Assembly (NCBI RefSeq): GCF_034638445.1 | Contig: NC_132969.1 | Coordinates: 255,423 to 319,422 of the forward strand | Length of the DNA stretch: 64,000 nucleotides | From: Ciconia boyciana | Lineage: Eukaryota | Direction: 5' to 3' | Shown: positions 1-10,599 of the stretch, piece by piece | Numbering within the stretch: the first letter of the stretch is position 1 | Layout of the letters: each line of letters begins with the position of its first letter | The notes under the pieces: model-generated | What the model was told of the DNA's origin: nothing | What the model saw: the letters and a program-made list of their open reading frames with translations, nothing else | The model's database searches: none | Made by a program: the position numbers and the translations under genes

Positions 1-1140
1 AGGTCGGCCCCTATAGACCCTGTAGACCCTGCAGACCCCTATAGACCCTATAAACCCCTATAGAGCTGTCTAGACTCCTGCAGAGCCTTATAGAGCTCTA
101 CAGACCCCTGTAGAGCCCTAACAACATCCAGCACGCCGAGCCCGCGGTCCAGGTCGGCCCCTATAGACCCTATAGACACCTATAGACCCCCATAGAGCTG
201 TCTAGACTCCTACAGAGCCCTACAGACCCCTGTAGAGCCCTAACAACATCCAGCACGCCGACCCCCCCGTCCAGGTCGGCCCCTGTAGACCCCTATAGAG
301 ATCTATAGACCTCTATAGAGACCTATAGATCCCTATAGACTCCTATAGACCCCTATAGAGCTGTCTAGACTCCTACAGAGCCTTATAGAGCTCTACAGAC
401 CCCTGTAGAGCCCTAACAACATCCAGCACGCCGACCCCCCCGTCCAGGTCGGCCCCTGTAGACCCTGTAGGCCCCTATAGACCCTGTAGACCCCTATAGA
501 CACCTATAGACTCCTATAGACACCTATAGATTCCTATAAACCCCTATAGACACCTATAGACCCCTATAGACCCCTATAGAGATGTCTAGACTCCTACAGA
601 GCCTTATAGAGCCCTACAGACCCCTGTAGACCCCTAACAACATCCAGCACGCTGACCCCCCCGTCCAGGTCAGCCCCTATAGACCCTATAGACTCCTATA
701 GACCCCTATAGAGATGTCTAGACTCCTAGAGACCCTTATAGAGCCCTATAGAGCCCTACAGACCCCTATATACTCCTGCAGACCCCTTTATACTCCTGTA
801 GAGCACTGTAAAATCTTACAGACTTTTATAGAGCCCTATAGATCGCTATATACCTATATAGAGCCCTACAGACTCCTATATACCTGCATATACTCTTATA
901 TACCCCTATAGAACCTTACAGAGCTCTACAGAGCCCTGTAAACCCCTATAGCCCCCTGCAGTGCTCTGTAGATTCCTATAGAGCCTTATATAGCCTTACA
1001 TATGCTTACAGACCCCTATAGAGCCCTACAGACCCCTATAGAGCCCTGTACGCCCCTATGGACCCCTGTAGACCCCTATAGACCCCTACAGACCCCTATA
1101 GACTCCTACAGAGCCCCATAGAGCTCTCTATAGCCAGCGG
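1..1140. repeat. Microsatellite/minisatellite array, ~10-11 bp CCCTATAGAC-type units with a ~120-210 bp higher-order unit (landmark ccctaacaacatccagcacgccg recurs at ~118, 240, 417, 628)
   Basis: Direct reading: near-perfect iterations of cctatagaccc / ctatagag; lies upstream of EIF3C exon at 2155, so presumably intronic. Confidence 0.85.
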
Positions 1141-1149
1141 TTTGCAGAG

Positions 1150-2100
1150 GGGGGTTGGCCCGCGTCGCCCCTTCTGCCCCCCAAGTGCCCGCGGGGTCCC
1201 TATGGGGCAATGGGGGGGTCCCCTCTGCCCCCCAAGTCCTTCACCCCCATCCCCATAGCGTTCTCCTTCCAGCTCCCTGCCCCCCAAGTCCTTCACCACC
1301 CCCATCTCCCCAGGGTTCCTCTCCCCCAAGTCCTTCACCACCCCATCTCCATAGGGTTCCTCCTCACCCCCAAGTCCTTCACCCCATCTCCATAGGGTTC
1401 CTCTCTGCCCCCAAGTCCTTCACCCCATCTCCATAGGGTTCCTCCCCACCTCTCTGCCCCCCAAGTCCTTCACCCCATCTCCCCAGGGTTCCTCCCCCCC
1501 AAGTCCTTCACCCCATCTCCATAGGGTTCCTCCCCCCAAGTCCCCCAAGTCCTTCACCCCATCTCCATAGGGTTCCTCTCTGCCCCCAAGTCCTTCACCC
1601 CATCTCCCCAGGGTTCCTCCCCCAAGTCCTTCACCCCATCTCCATAGGGTTCCTTCACCCCATCTCCATAGGGTTCCTCCCCACCTCTCTGCCCCCAAGT
1701 CCTTCACCCCATCTCCCCAGCATTCCTTCACCCCATCTCCATAGGGTTCCTCCCCACCTCTCTGCCCCCCAAGTCCTTCACCCCATCTCCCCAGGGTTCC
1801 TCCCCCCCAAGTCCTTCACCCCATCTCCCCAGCGTTCCTCTCTGCCCCCCAAGCCCTTCACCACCCCCATCTCTGTAGGGTTCCTCTCTGCCCCCCAAGT
1901 CCTTCACCCCATCTCCCCAGGGTTCCTCTCTGCCCCCAAGTCCTTCACCCCATCTCCCCAGGGTTCCTCCCCCAAGTCCTTCACCCCATCTCCCCAGGGT
2001 TCCTTCACCCCATCTCCCCAGGGTTCCTCCTCACCCAAGTCCTTCACCCCATCTCCATAGGGTTCCTCTCTGCCCCCCAAGTCCTTCACCCCTCTCCCCA
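1150..2100. repeat. Minisatellite, ~34-35 bp unit ccaagtccttcaccccatctccatagggttcctc (EIF3C intron)
   Basis: ~28 tandem copies read directly; ends ~50 bp before the EIF3C acceptor at 2154. Confidence 0.85.
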
Positions 2101-2154
2101 GCGTTCCTCCCCGCCCCAAACCCCCCATAACCCCGCGCCCCCTTCTCCCCCCAG

Positions 2155-2518
2155 ATCCTCTACAACCGCACCATGGTCCAACTGGGCATCTGCGCCTTCC
2201 GCGAGGGCCTCATCAAGGACGCCCACAACGCCCTCCTGGACATCCAGTCCTCGGGGCGCGCCAAGGAGCTGCTGGGGCAGGGCCTGCTGCTGCGCAGCCT
2301 GCAGGAGCGCAACGCGGAGCAGGAGAAGGTGGAGAAGCGGCGCCAGGTCCCCTTCCACATGCACGTCAACCTGGAGCTGCTGGAGTGCGTCTACCTGGTG
2401 GCGGCCATGCTGCTGGAGATCCCTTACATGGCGGCCCACGAGTTCGACGCCCGCCGCCGCATGATCAGCAAGCAGTTCCACCACCAGCTGCGCGTGGGCG
2501 AGAGGCAGCCGCTGCTCG
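2155..2518 (+). CDS. EIF3C: EIF3C internal coding exon (eIF3 subunit c)
   Basis: Acceptor ccccccag|ATC (AG 2153-2154). Translation [67 protein letters not shown](G) is near-identical to human eIF3c. Donor GT 2519-2520. Confidence 0.88.
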
Positions 2519-2589
2519 GTGCGGGGCAGGCCGTGGGTCGCGCCGAGATCTGCGCGGGGGGGCGGACCCTGCCGGGGGCGGGGGGCGGA

Positions 2590-4035
2590 CCCCTAAGCGG
2601 GGGGCGGACCCCTAAGGGGGTTTTTTCTGCGCCTCCCAAGTCGTTCTTCTGCTTCCTAAGTGGGGGGTTGCTGCCCCCTGAGTCTTTTCTTCTGCCCCCT
2701 AAGTCTTTTCTTGTGCCCTCTAAGTCTTTTCTTGTGCCTCCTAAGTGATTCTTCTGCCCCCTAAGTGATTCTTCTGACACCTAAGTCATTTCTTCTGCCC
2801 CGAATGATTCTTCTGACCCCTAAGTCTTTTCTTGTGCCCCCTAAGTCATTTCTTGTGCCCCCTAAGTCATTTCTTGTGCCCCCTAAGTCATTTCTTGTGC
2901 CCCCTAAGTGATTCTTCTGACACCTAAGTCATTTCTTCTGCCCCCTAAGTGATTCTTCTGACGCCTAAGTCATTTCTTCTGCCCCCTAAGTGATTCTTCT
3001 GCCCCCTAAGTCATTCTTCTGCCCCCTAAGTGATTCTTCTGCCCCCTAAGTGATTCTTCTGACACCTAAGTCATTTCTTCTGCCCCGAGTGATTCTTCTG
3101 ACCCCTAAGTCTTTTCTTGTGCCCCCTAAGTCTTTTCTTGTGCCCCCTAAGTGATTCTTCTGACACCTAAGTCATTTCTTCTGCCCCCTAAGTGATTCTT
3201 GTGCCCCCTAAGTCTTTTCTTGTGCCCCTAAGTGATTCTTCTGCCCCTAAGAGATTCTTCTGCCCCCTAAGTGATTCTTCTGCCCCTAAGATATTCTTCT
3301 GCCCCTAAGATATTCTTCTGCCCCCTAAGAGATTCTTCTGCCCCCTAAGTGATTCTTCTGACGCCTAAGTCATTTCTTCTGCCCCCTAAGTGATTCTTCT
3401 GCCCCCTAAGTGATTCTTCTGCCCCCTAAGCGGGGGGTCTGACCCCTAAGTGGGTTTTTCTGCCCCCCCGCAGTTGTTCTTCTGCCTCCTAAGTGGGGGT
3501 TTGCTGCCCCCTAAGTCATTTCTTTTGCTCCCTAAGTCATTTCTTCTGCCCCCTAAGTGATTCTTCTGCCCCCTAAGTGATTCTGACTCTTCTGCCCCTA
3601 AGTGATTCTGACTCTTCTGCCCCCTAAGTCATTTCTTCTGCCCCCTAAGAGATTCTTCTGCCCCCTAAGAGATTCTTCTGCCCCCTAAGTGATTTCTTCT
3701 GCCCCTAAGAGATTCTTCTGACCCCTAAGTGGGGGGGTCTGACCCCTAAGTGGGTTTTTTCTGCCCCCCCCCCCCCCCCCAGTCATTCTTCTGCCTCCTA
3801 AGTGTGGGTTTGCTGCCTCCTACGTAATTTTTGCTGCCCCCTAAGTGATTTCTTCTGCCCCCTAAGTCTTTTCTTCTGACCCCTAAGTGATTCTTCTGCC
3901 CCCTAAGTGATTCTTCTGCCCCCAAGTGATTCTTCTGATGCCTAAGTCATTTCTTCTGCCCCCTAAGAGATTCTTCTGCCCCCTAAGAGATTCTTCTGCC
4001 CCCTAAGTGATTCTTCTGCCCCCTAAGTGTTTTTT
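2590..4035. repeat. Minisatellite, ~19-20 bp unit ccccctaagtgattcttctg (EIF3C intron)
   Basis: ~70 tandem copies with minor variants (tcatttcttctg / agattcttctg). Confidence 0.85.
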
Positions 4036-4047
4036 TCCGCCCCACAG

Positions 4048-4207
4048 GACCGCCGGAATCCATGCGGGAACACGTGGTGGCGGCGTCCAAAGCGATGAAG
4101 ATGGGCGACTGGAGAACCTGCCACCGCTTCGTGGTCAATGAGAAGATGAACGGGAAGGTGTGGGACCTCTTCCCCGAGGCCAAGAAAGTCCGCGCCATGC
4201 TGGTCAG
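4048..4207 (+). CDS. EIF3C: EIF3C coding exon
   Basis: Acceptor cccacag (4041-4047). (G)[52 protein letters not shown](R) matches human eIF3c. Donor GT 4208-4209; the split codon AG|G is completed by the next exon. Confidence 0.88.
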
Positions 4208-4214
4208 GTCTGTG

Positions 4215-5460
4215 GGGTGGGGGCGCTGTGGGGCGGGGGCGCTGTGGGGCGGGGCCTGTTGTCTTGCATCCTTCAACCTCCATCTTGTGTCCTTCAACCT
4301 CCATCTTGTGTCTCCAACCTCCATCTTGTGTCTCCAACCTTCGTCCCGCGTCCTTCAACCTCCATCTTGTGTCTCCAACCTCCATCCCGCGTTCTTCAAC
4401 CTCCATCCCGCGTTCTTCAACCTCCATCTTGTGTCTCCAACCTCCGTCCCGCATCCTTCAACCTCCATCCCGCGTCCTCCAACCTCCATCTTGTGTCTCC
4501 AACCTCCATCTTGTGTCTCCAACCTTCGTCCCGCGTCCTTCAACCTCCATCTTGTGTCTTCAACCTCCATCCCGCGTTCTTCAACCTCCGTCCCGCATCC
4601 TTCAACCTCCATCTTGTGTCTCCAACCTCCATCTTGTGTCTCCAACCTCCATCCCGCGTTCTTCAACCTCCATCCCGCGTTCTTCAACCTCCATCCCGCA
4701 TCCTTCAACCTCCATCTTGTGTCTCCAACCTCCGTCCCGCGTCCTTCAACCTCCGTCCCGCGTCCTTCAACCTCCATCTTGTGTCTCCAATCTCCATCTT
4801 GTGTCTCCAACCTTCGTCCCGTGTCCTTCAACCTCCGTCCCACGTCCTTCAACCTCCGTCCCACGTCCTTCAACCTCCATCTTGTGTCTTCAACCTCCGT
4901 CCCACGTCCTTCAACCTCCATCTTGTGTCTTCAACCTCCGTCCCACGTCCTTCAACCTCCATCTTGTGTCTCCAACCTCCGTCCCGCGTCCTTCAACCTC
5001 CGTCCCGCGTCCTTCAACCTCCATCTTGTGTCTCCAACCTCCGTCCCGCGTCCTTCAACCTCCGTCCCGCGTCCTTCAACCTCCGTCCCGCGTCCTTCAA
5101 CCTCCATCTTGTGTCTCCAACCTCCATCTTGTGTCTCCAACCTCCGTCCCGCGTCCTTCAACCTCCGTCCCACGTCCTTCCATCTCCGTCCCGCGTCCTT
5201 CCATCTCCGTCCCGTGTCCTTCAACCTCCGTCCCGCGTCCTTCAACCTCCATCTTGTGTCTTCAACCTCCGTCCCGCGTCCTTCAACCTCCATCTTGTGT
5301 CTTCAACCTCCGTCCTGCGTCCTTCCATCTCCGTCCTGCGTCCTTCCATCTCCGTCCCGCGTCCTTCCATCTCCGTCCCGCGTCCTTCAACCTCCATCTT
5401 GCGTCTCCAAGCTCCATCTTGTGTCTTCCATCTCCATCTTGTGTCCTTCAACCTCCACCT
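4215..5460. repeat. Minisatellite, ~20-21 bp units tccttcaacctccatcttgtg / cctccgtcccgcg (EIF3C intron)
   Basis: ~60 tandem copies read directly. Confidence 0.85.
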
Positions 5461-5472
5461 CGTGTTCTCCAG

Positions 5473-5538
5473 GAAGATCCAAGAGGAGTCACTCCGCACG
5501 TATCTCTTCACCTACAGCAGCGTTTACGACTCCATCAG
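5473..5538 (+). CDS. EIF3C: EIF3C coding exon
   Basis: Acceptor ttctccag (AG 5471-5472). (R)[21 protein letters not shown](S) is identical to human. Donor GT 5539-5540. Confidence 0.88.
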
Positions 5539-5615
5539 GTGACGGGCGGGGCATGGGCGTGGTGTGGGTGGGGCGTTGGATGGGCGTGGCGTGGCTGACT
5601 CCTCCCCCTCGTTAG

Positions 5616-5703
5616 CATGGAGATCCTGGCGGACATGTTTGAGCTGGACCTGCCGACGGTTCACAGCATCATCAGCAAGATGATCATCAACGAGGAGCTG
5701 ATG
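5616..5703 (+). CDS. EIF3C: EIF3C coding exon
   Basis: Acceptor ctcgttag (5611-5615). (S)[29 protein letters not shown]. Donor GTGAGC at 5704. Confidence 0.88.
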
Positions 5704-5776
5704 GTGAGCCCGTGCCGTGGGGCGGCCGTGGGGCGGCCGTGGGGTGGAGCTTGACTTTGTCCCGCCCTTCTTCCAG

Positions 5777-5939
5777 GCGTCTCTTGACCAACCGACGCAG
5801 ACGGTGATGATGCATCGGACGGAACCGACGGCGCAGCAGAACCTGGCGCTCCAATTGGCCGAGAAGTTGGGCAACTTGGTGGAGAACAACGAGCGGGTCT
5901 TCGACCACAAACAAGGCTCCTACGGCGGCTACTTCCGAG
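5777..5939 (+). CDS. EIF3C: EIF3C coding exon
   Basis: Acceptor cttccag (5771-5776). [54 protein letters not shown](D). Donor GT 5940-5941. Confidence 0.88.
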
Positions 5940-6025
5940 GTCTGCCCCACATCCTGCCCCACATCCTGCCCCACACCCTGCCCCACACCCTGCCCACCCA
6001 CCTCACCCATCTCTCCGCCCCACAG

Positions 6026-6111
6026 ATCAAAAAGACGGCTACCGGAAAGGAGACGGCGGCTACTTACGCCGCGGTGGTTACCGTCAACAAGAGCGCGGTT
6101 CCAACTACTGA
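6026..6111 (+). CDS. EIF3C: EIF3C terminal coding exon with TGA stop
   Basis: Acceptor ccccacag (to 6025). (D)[27 protein letters not shown] with stop 6109-6111. AATAAA follows 44 nt downstream. Confidence 0.88.
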
Positions 6112-6154
6112 GCCCCACGGCGGCCCCTGCCCCATGGCGCTCCGCCCCACATAT

Positions 6155-6160
6155 AATAAA
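6155..6160 (+). terminator. EIF3C: Polyadenylation signal AATAAA of EIF3C
   Basis: Hexamer in atataataaagcaact, 44 nt after the stop codon. Confidence 0.7.
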
Positions 6161-6293
6161 GCAACTTGGCACCGATTCGCCTCGTTATGGGGAGCGTTGA
6201 CCCGTGTGGGGCCAGGTTAATGAGTGACGACGAAGCGGGTGGGGGGCGGGGGGAAGGAGGATTTAACGCCTGCCCCACGGCGAGCGCCGACCT

Positions 6294-6476
6294 TTGAGCG
6301 TCAGCCATGGGGCAGGAGCGGGGGGGGGTCGCCGTGGGCGCCCCACGGCGAAAGGAACCCCGTTAAATTTTGGGGAGGGGACGGCGTTTCGGTTGAAGAG
6401 TGGGCGGGAGCTGGTGCGGGCGCTGCTGGTGCTGCGGCTCTGCGCCTTCCCCCGCCTGGTCCGACACGCCGGCACG
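6294..6476 (+). CDS. PRODH2: PRODH2 (hydroxyproline dehydrogenase) first recognisable coding exon; start codon unresolved
   Basis: LNFGEGTAFRLKSGRELVRALLVLRLCAFPRLVRHAGTV aligns with human PRODH2 LSFDGGAFHLKGTGELTRALLVLRLCAWPPLVTHG. Donor GTGAGA at 6477. There is no in-frame ATG upstream; the nearby ATGs at 6220 and 6307 are out of frame. The exon lies only ~130 bp after the EIF3C poly(A) signal. Confidence 0.65.
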
Positions 6477-6558
6477 GTGAGAGAAAAACCCCCCCCACCC
6501 CACCCCACACCCTGCCCCACGGCGCCGTGGGGCAGAGTCTAACCGTTCTGCCCCATAG

Positions 6559-6752
6559 ATCTTAGAAGTCTCACGACGGGTTTTGGGGAGCCGGCTATGG
6601 GGCGGGCTGCTGCGAGCCACCTTCTACGGGCAGTTTGTGGGGGGCGAGACCCCCGCCGAGGTGGTGGCGGCGGCGGGGCGGTTGCGCGCCGTGGGGCTGC
6701 GCCCCATGTTGGCCGTCCCCACCGAGGAAGATGTGGGGCAGGAGAAAGACGG
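6559..6752 (+). CDS. PRODH2: PRODH2 coding exon
   Basis: Acceptor ccccatag (6551-6558). ILEVSRRVLGSRLWGGLLRATFYGQFVGGETPAEVVAAAGRLRAVGLRPMLAVPTEEDVGQEKDG matches human ASVYGQFVAGETAEEV...LRPLLAVPTEEE. Donor GTATGT at 6753. Confidence 0.8.
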
Positions 6753-6830
6753 GTATGTGGGGCTGGCTATGGGGTGGGGAGCGGGGGTTTAAGGCCTCCT
6801 GCCCTACTTCTCCCCCTATGTGTGGGGCAG

Positions 6831-6951
6831 GGAGGAGTGGTACGAAGCCAACCGGGGGGCGGCGCTGGAATGTGTGGGGCTGGCGGCCGCCACCGGCCCC
6901 CGGCCCATGATGCAGCTGAAGGTGACGGCCCTGATGAGCGCCCGCCTCTGC
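6831..6951 (+). CDS. PRODH2: PRODH2 coding exon
   Basis: Acceptor tgtggggcag. (G)EEWYEANRGAALECVGLAAATGPRPMMQLKVTALMSARLC matches human EAWYEGNLGAMLRCVDL...LMQLKVTALTSTRLC. Donor GTGAGT at 6952. Confidence 0.8.
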
Positions 6952-7057
6952 GTGAGTTTGGGGGGCGTAACCCCCCCCCCCCAAAAAAAATAAAGGGGGA
7001 GGAAATTGGGGGGCACCGCCCCTCTGCCCCCCAACCGCGACCCACATCTCCCCATAG

Positions 7058-7135
7058 GAGACGCTGTCACGACGGCTGGCGGAGCCGGTGGCCGAGGTGA
7101 CGCTGGAGCGGGTGGCAGCGGTGATGGGGGGCGAG
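7058..7135 (+). CDS. PRODH2: PRODH2 coding exon
   Basis: Acceptor ccccatag. ETLSRRLAEPVAEVTLERVAAVMGGE. Donor GTAAAC at 7136. Confidence 0.7.
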
Positions 7136-7279
7136 GTAAACCCCCCCCGCCCCCCAAATCTTCCACCCCTCCCCCACATTAGCCCCTCCCCCCCTTTAGC
7201 CCCTCCCCCAATCCTGGAAAGCCCCGAAATTCGGTGAAAATCGGTTAAATCGGGGGAAACTACCCCAAACCGGCCGCAG

Positions 7280-7360
7280 GTCGCCACCTTCGCCTGCCTG
7301 ACGCCGGAGGAGAACCGGCACTTGGGGGTCTCGCTACGGCGCCTGGACGACGTAGCCGGG
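7280..7360 (+). CDS. PRODH2: PRODH2 coding exon
   Basis: Acceptor cggccgcag. VATFACLTPEENRHLGVSLRRLDDVAG matches human LQVSCLNAEQNQHLRASLSRLHRVAQ. Donor GTGAGA at 7361. Confidence 0.78.
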
Positions 7361-7464
7361 GTGAGACGTGGGGCAGAGATGTGGGGCTGGGGGAAAGAAG
7401 GAGGCGGAGCTAGGCGATATTGGGGGCGGGGCCCTCAACCAACGGGGATCCCCCGTACGCCTAG

Positions 7465-7611
7465 TACGCGGCGACGCGGGGGGTGCGGGTGCTGGTGGAC
7501 GCGGAGCAGAGCTACGTCAACCCGGCGTTGAGTTTGACGACTTTGGCCTTGATGGCGCGGCACAACCGGGCTTCGCCGTGGGTCTGGAACACCTACCAAG
7601 CTTATCTCCAG
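7465..7611 (+). CDS. PRODH2: PRODH2 coding exon (FAD-binding proline dehydrogenase domain)
   Basis: YAATRGVRVLVDAEQSYVNPALSLTTLALMARHNRASPWVWNTYQAYLQ matches human YARAQHVRLLVDAEYTSLNPALSLL...GPWVWNTYQACLK. Donor GTAACT at 7612. Confidence 0.85.
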
Positions 7612-7692
7612 GTAACTTATGGGGCAGAGTTATGGGGCAGAGCCCCACGGCGCCACGCTAAAAGCTTTACCCCCCCCCCGCCCCCGCAACAG

Positions 7693-7859
7693 GACGGGAA
7701 GAAACGGTTGGCGGGGGACGCGGCGACGGCGCGGCGGCGGGGGGTGTGTTTCGGGGTGAAGTTGGTGCGAGGGGCGTACCTGGAATTGGAACGGCGCCGG
7801 GCGAGGGAAGGGGGGGACCCCGATCCGGTGCACCCCACTTTAGATGACACCCACCGCAG
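7693..7859 (+). CDS. PRODH2: PRODH2 coding exon
   Basis: Acceptor ccgcaacag. DGKKRLAGDAATARRRGVCFGVKLVRGAYLELERRRAREGGDPDPVHPTLDDTHR matches human AGLAFGVKLVRGAYLDKERAVA...DPTQPDYEATSQSY. Donor GTAACC at 7860. Confidence 0.85.
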
Positions 7860-7931
7860 GTAACCTGGGGGTTTTGGGGGGGGGGGAGGGGCGTCGAGCC
7901 CTATAGCGAGCCCCCCAACTTTTCCCGGCAG

Positions 7932-8042
7932 CTACGGCGAGTGCCTGGAGCTGGCGCTGGCGCTGGCGGCGCAGGACAGGGAGGACGTGGGGGTGATGGT
8001 GGCCACCCATAACGAGCTCTCGGTGCTCCACGCCACCCAAAG
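7932..8042 (+). CDS. PRODH2: PRODH2 coding exon
   Basis: Acceptor tttcccggcag. (S)YGECLELALALAAQDREDVGVMVATHNELSVLHATQ(R) matches human SRCLELMLTHVARHGPMCHLMVASHNEESVRQATKR. Donor GTGGGT at 8043. Confidence 0.85.
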
Positions 8043-8129
8043 GTGGGTGTCACCCCCTTAAAATTTTAGGGGACCCCCCCCCCCAAAAAAACCCCAACAA
8101 CTTAGCCCTGAACCCCCGTTTCGCGGCAG

Positions 8130-8218
8130 AATGGAGGAGCTGGGCATCCCCCGGCAAGGAGGCGGCGTCTGCTTCGGGCAGCTGCTGGGGATGTGCGACC
8201 ACGTCTCCCTGGCGTTGG
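8130..8218 (+). CDS. PRODH2: PRODH2 coding exon
   Basis: Acceptor tcgcggcag. (R)MEELGIPRQGGGVCFGQLLGMCDHVSLAL(G) is almost identical to human MWELGIPLDGTVCFGQLLGMCDHVSLALG. Donor GTAGGG at 8219. Confidence 0.88.
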
Positions 8219-8313
8219 GTAGGGTGACCCCGCCTCTCCCCGCCATCTTTTGGGGTGCCCTCCCCCCCAAAAAAAAAAATTCACCCCCCCCGTCCCGTCC
8301 CGGTTTGGGGTAG

Positions 8314-8483
8314 GCGAAGCCGGTTACGCCGTCTACAAGTCGGTGCCGTACGGGGGAGCGGAGGCGACGCTGCCGTACCTGGCGCGGCGGGCGCAGGAGA
8401 ATCAGGGGGTGCTGCAGGGCGCTCGGCGGGAGAGACGGCTCCTCGCCCGTGAGCTGCGGAGACGCCTCCTGCGGAGAGCCTGA
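8314..8483 (+). CDS. PRODH2: PRODH2 terminal coding exon with TGA stop
   Basis: Acceptor ggtttggggtag. (G)EAGYAVYKSVPYGGAEATLPYLARRAQENQGVLQGARRERRLLARELRRRLLRRA* matches human QAGYVVYKSIPYGSLEEVIPYLIRRAQENRSVLQGARREQELLSQELWRRLL. Stop at 8481-8483. Confidence 0.88.
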
Positions 8484-8489
8484 GGCGCC

Positions 8490-9450
8490 CCGAAACGGAC
8501 GGCGGGCACCCCGAAAGGGACCTCGGGCACCCCGGAACACCCTGAGGCACCCCCGAACACCCTGAGAACGCCGAGACGCCCTCAGATGCCCCAAAACACC
8601 CCCCTGAGGCACCCCGAAATGCCCTCAGGCACCCCGAAATGCTCTCAGGCACCCTGAAACACTCTGAGGCACCCCAAAACACCCCTGAGACCCCCCGAAG
8701 CACCCTCAGACACTCCAAAACACCCTGAGGCACCCTGAAATGAACCTTGGGCACCCCGAAACATCCTGAGGCACCCCCAAAACACCTTGAGACACCCCAA
8801 AATGCCCTCAGACACCCCAAAACGCCCCCAAGACACCCTGAAACACCGTGAGGCACCCCAAAACACCCCTGAGAACCCCAAAATCCCCGAGACACCCCGA
8901 AACACCCTCAGGCACCCCAAAACACCCTCAGGCACCCCAAAACACCCTCAGACAGCCTGAGACACTCCAAAACACCCTGAGGCACCCCCAAACACCCTCA
9001 GACACCCCAAACACCCCCCTGAGGCCCCCCGAAACACCCTGAGGCACCCCGAAACACCCTCAGACACCCCAAACACCCCCCTGAGGCCCCCGAAACACCC
9101 TGAGGCACCCCGAAACACCCTCAGACACCCCAAAACACCCTGAGACCCCCAAAATGCCCCAGAGACCCCCAGCCCCCCCGAGACTCCAAAACCCCCTGAG
9201 GCACCCCAAGACCCCCCGAGAATCCCCAAAACACTCCTCAGCCCCCCAAAATCCCATCAGACCCCAAAACCCCATGAGATCCCCCGAGACCCCCCCCAAT
9301 CCCCCTGGGACCCCCAAACCCTCAGACTCCTCCATCAGCCCCCAAACTCCCGAGAGCCTCCCCAAAACCCCTCCAAACCCCCATGACACCCCCAAAACCT
9401 CCCTGAGAGCCCCCAATCCCCCGAGACACCCCAAAACCCCTCAGACCCCC
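8490..9450. repeat. Minisatellite, ~20-22 bp unit caccccgaaacaccctgagg, in the PRODH2 3' flank (probable 3'UTR)
   Basis: ~45 tandem copies between the PRODH2 stop and the first downstream AATAAA. Confidence 0.85.
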
Positions 9451-9456
9451 AATAAA
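9451..9456 (+). terminator. PRODH2: Candidate PRODH2 polyadenylation signal AATAAA, inside a short inverted repeat (aataaac...gtttatt)
   Basis: This is the first AATAAA downstream of the PRODH2 stop. The reverse-complement hexamer at 9486-9491 forms a palindromic pair around ctcacctggctccactccccgggga. Confidence 0.4.
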
Positions 9457-9779
9457 CCTCACCTGGCTCCACTCCCCGGGGAGTTTATTGGGGGGTGATA
9501 AAGGGGGGTGGTGTCTTTTGGCGGGGGGTACCCCCAATCCCTTCTCTCACAGCCCCCCTCCTTTGGGGGGACACACCCCCACCCCCACCGCTACAAGCCG
9601 CCATGACAGGAGGGGCTGGGGAGAAGGCGGCCATTAGTGGGGATCGCCCCCCCCAATCCGTCACCACAGGGCAATGGCGGTGCAGGCAGGGCCCCAGGCT
9701 CGCCCTACCTGTCTGTGGAGCGGGCAGGGAGCGGGCAGGGAGCTACGGGCAGGAGGGAGGCGGGGAAGCCGCCGGGGGA

Positions 9780-10464
9780 GCAGCCGCTGCCTCACGCCAC
9801 AAAATGGCGGCCGCCCCTCAGCCGCAAAATGGCGGGAAGGCGCCGAGGCGACGCCGCGGGGGGCGTGGCTGAGAGGAGGGGGGCGTGGTTACTAGGAGGG
9901 GGCGTGGCTAAGAGGAAGGAGGGCGGGGTCGTGGCACGCGGCACCCCGGCTTTCGCGCCTCCCGCCGCGCCCAGCCAATCAGAGCGCGCCGCCGGGAGCG
10001 GGGCGGGGGAGGGGGCGGTCACCGTGGTAACGGCGGTGGCGCATGCGCGCTGCGGCCGCGCGTCCCCTCCTCTCTAACATGGCGGCGCTCCCGCCCCTCA
10101 TTGGGCCGTCAAGGGGGAGGTGGGCGGGGCCCGCGGCGTCACGTGGGCTGGCGGCCAATCACGGCGCCAGGCGGCGGAGGGGGGGGAGGGGGCGGGAAGA
10201 GGAGGAGGCGGCGGCCATTTTGTGCGCGCGGGAGAGGGAGGAGGGGAGGGGGCGGGGAAGGGCTCGCGCCGCCGCCGTCCCGCCCAATCAGCGCCCGCCG
10301 CGGGGCGCGCGCGCGCGCGCCGGGCGGGGGCCAATCCGCGCCGCCGCCGCCGCCGCCCTCGCGCGCCCCGCCCCCGTCCCCTCCCCCATCGCGCGACCCC
10401 CCCTCCACCCCTCCCCACCCGCCTCCCCTCCCCCCGCCCACGAACCGGCCGCGGCCGCAGCGCC
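9780..10464 (+). promoter_or_regulatory. MAZ: MAZ promoter / 5'UTR CpG island: CCAAT boxes (9975, 10155, 10284, 10331), YY1-like GCCATTTT/AAAATGGCG (9792, 9826, 10212), three GGGCGTGGC KLF/Sp boxes (9855-9915), an E-box CACGTG (10136) and an NRF1-like gcgcatgcgcg (10042)
   Basis: Motifs read directly. The region sits immediately 5' of the ATG at 10465 and is strongly CpG-rich. Confidence 0.6.
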
Positions 10465-10500
10465 ATGGACCCCGCGAACTGGAGCAGCTTCATCTTCCAG
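10465..10500 (+). CDS. MAZ: MAZ putative first coding exon (MDPANWSSFIFQ)
   Basis: ATG in the Kozak context gcagcgccATGg, followed by 12 codons and a GTACCG donor at 10501. Its position 5' of the MAZ exon 2, beside the CCAAT-box promoter, supports assignment to MAZ, but this N-terminus differs from mammalian MAZ (MFPVFPC...). Confidence 0.5.
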
Positions 10501-10599
10501 GTACCGCCCCCGGGGGGAGGGGAGGGGGAGGGGTGGGGGAGGGGAGGAGGGGGAGGGAGGGGGGGAGGGGGCGGCGGCCCCGGCCTGGGCGGGGGGAGG

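Noticed and set aside
10079-10464. Upstream ATG at 10079 (MAALPPLIGPSRG...) as an alternative MAZ start
   Set aside because: It is out of frame with the 10465 exon and with the exon 2 frame. The ORF is GC-rich promoter sequence with no conservation.
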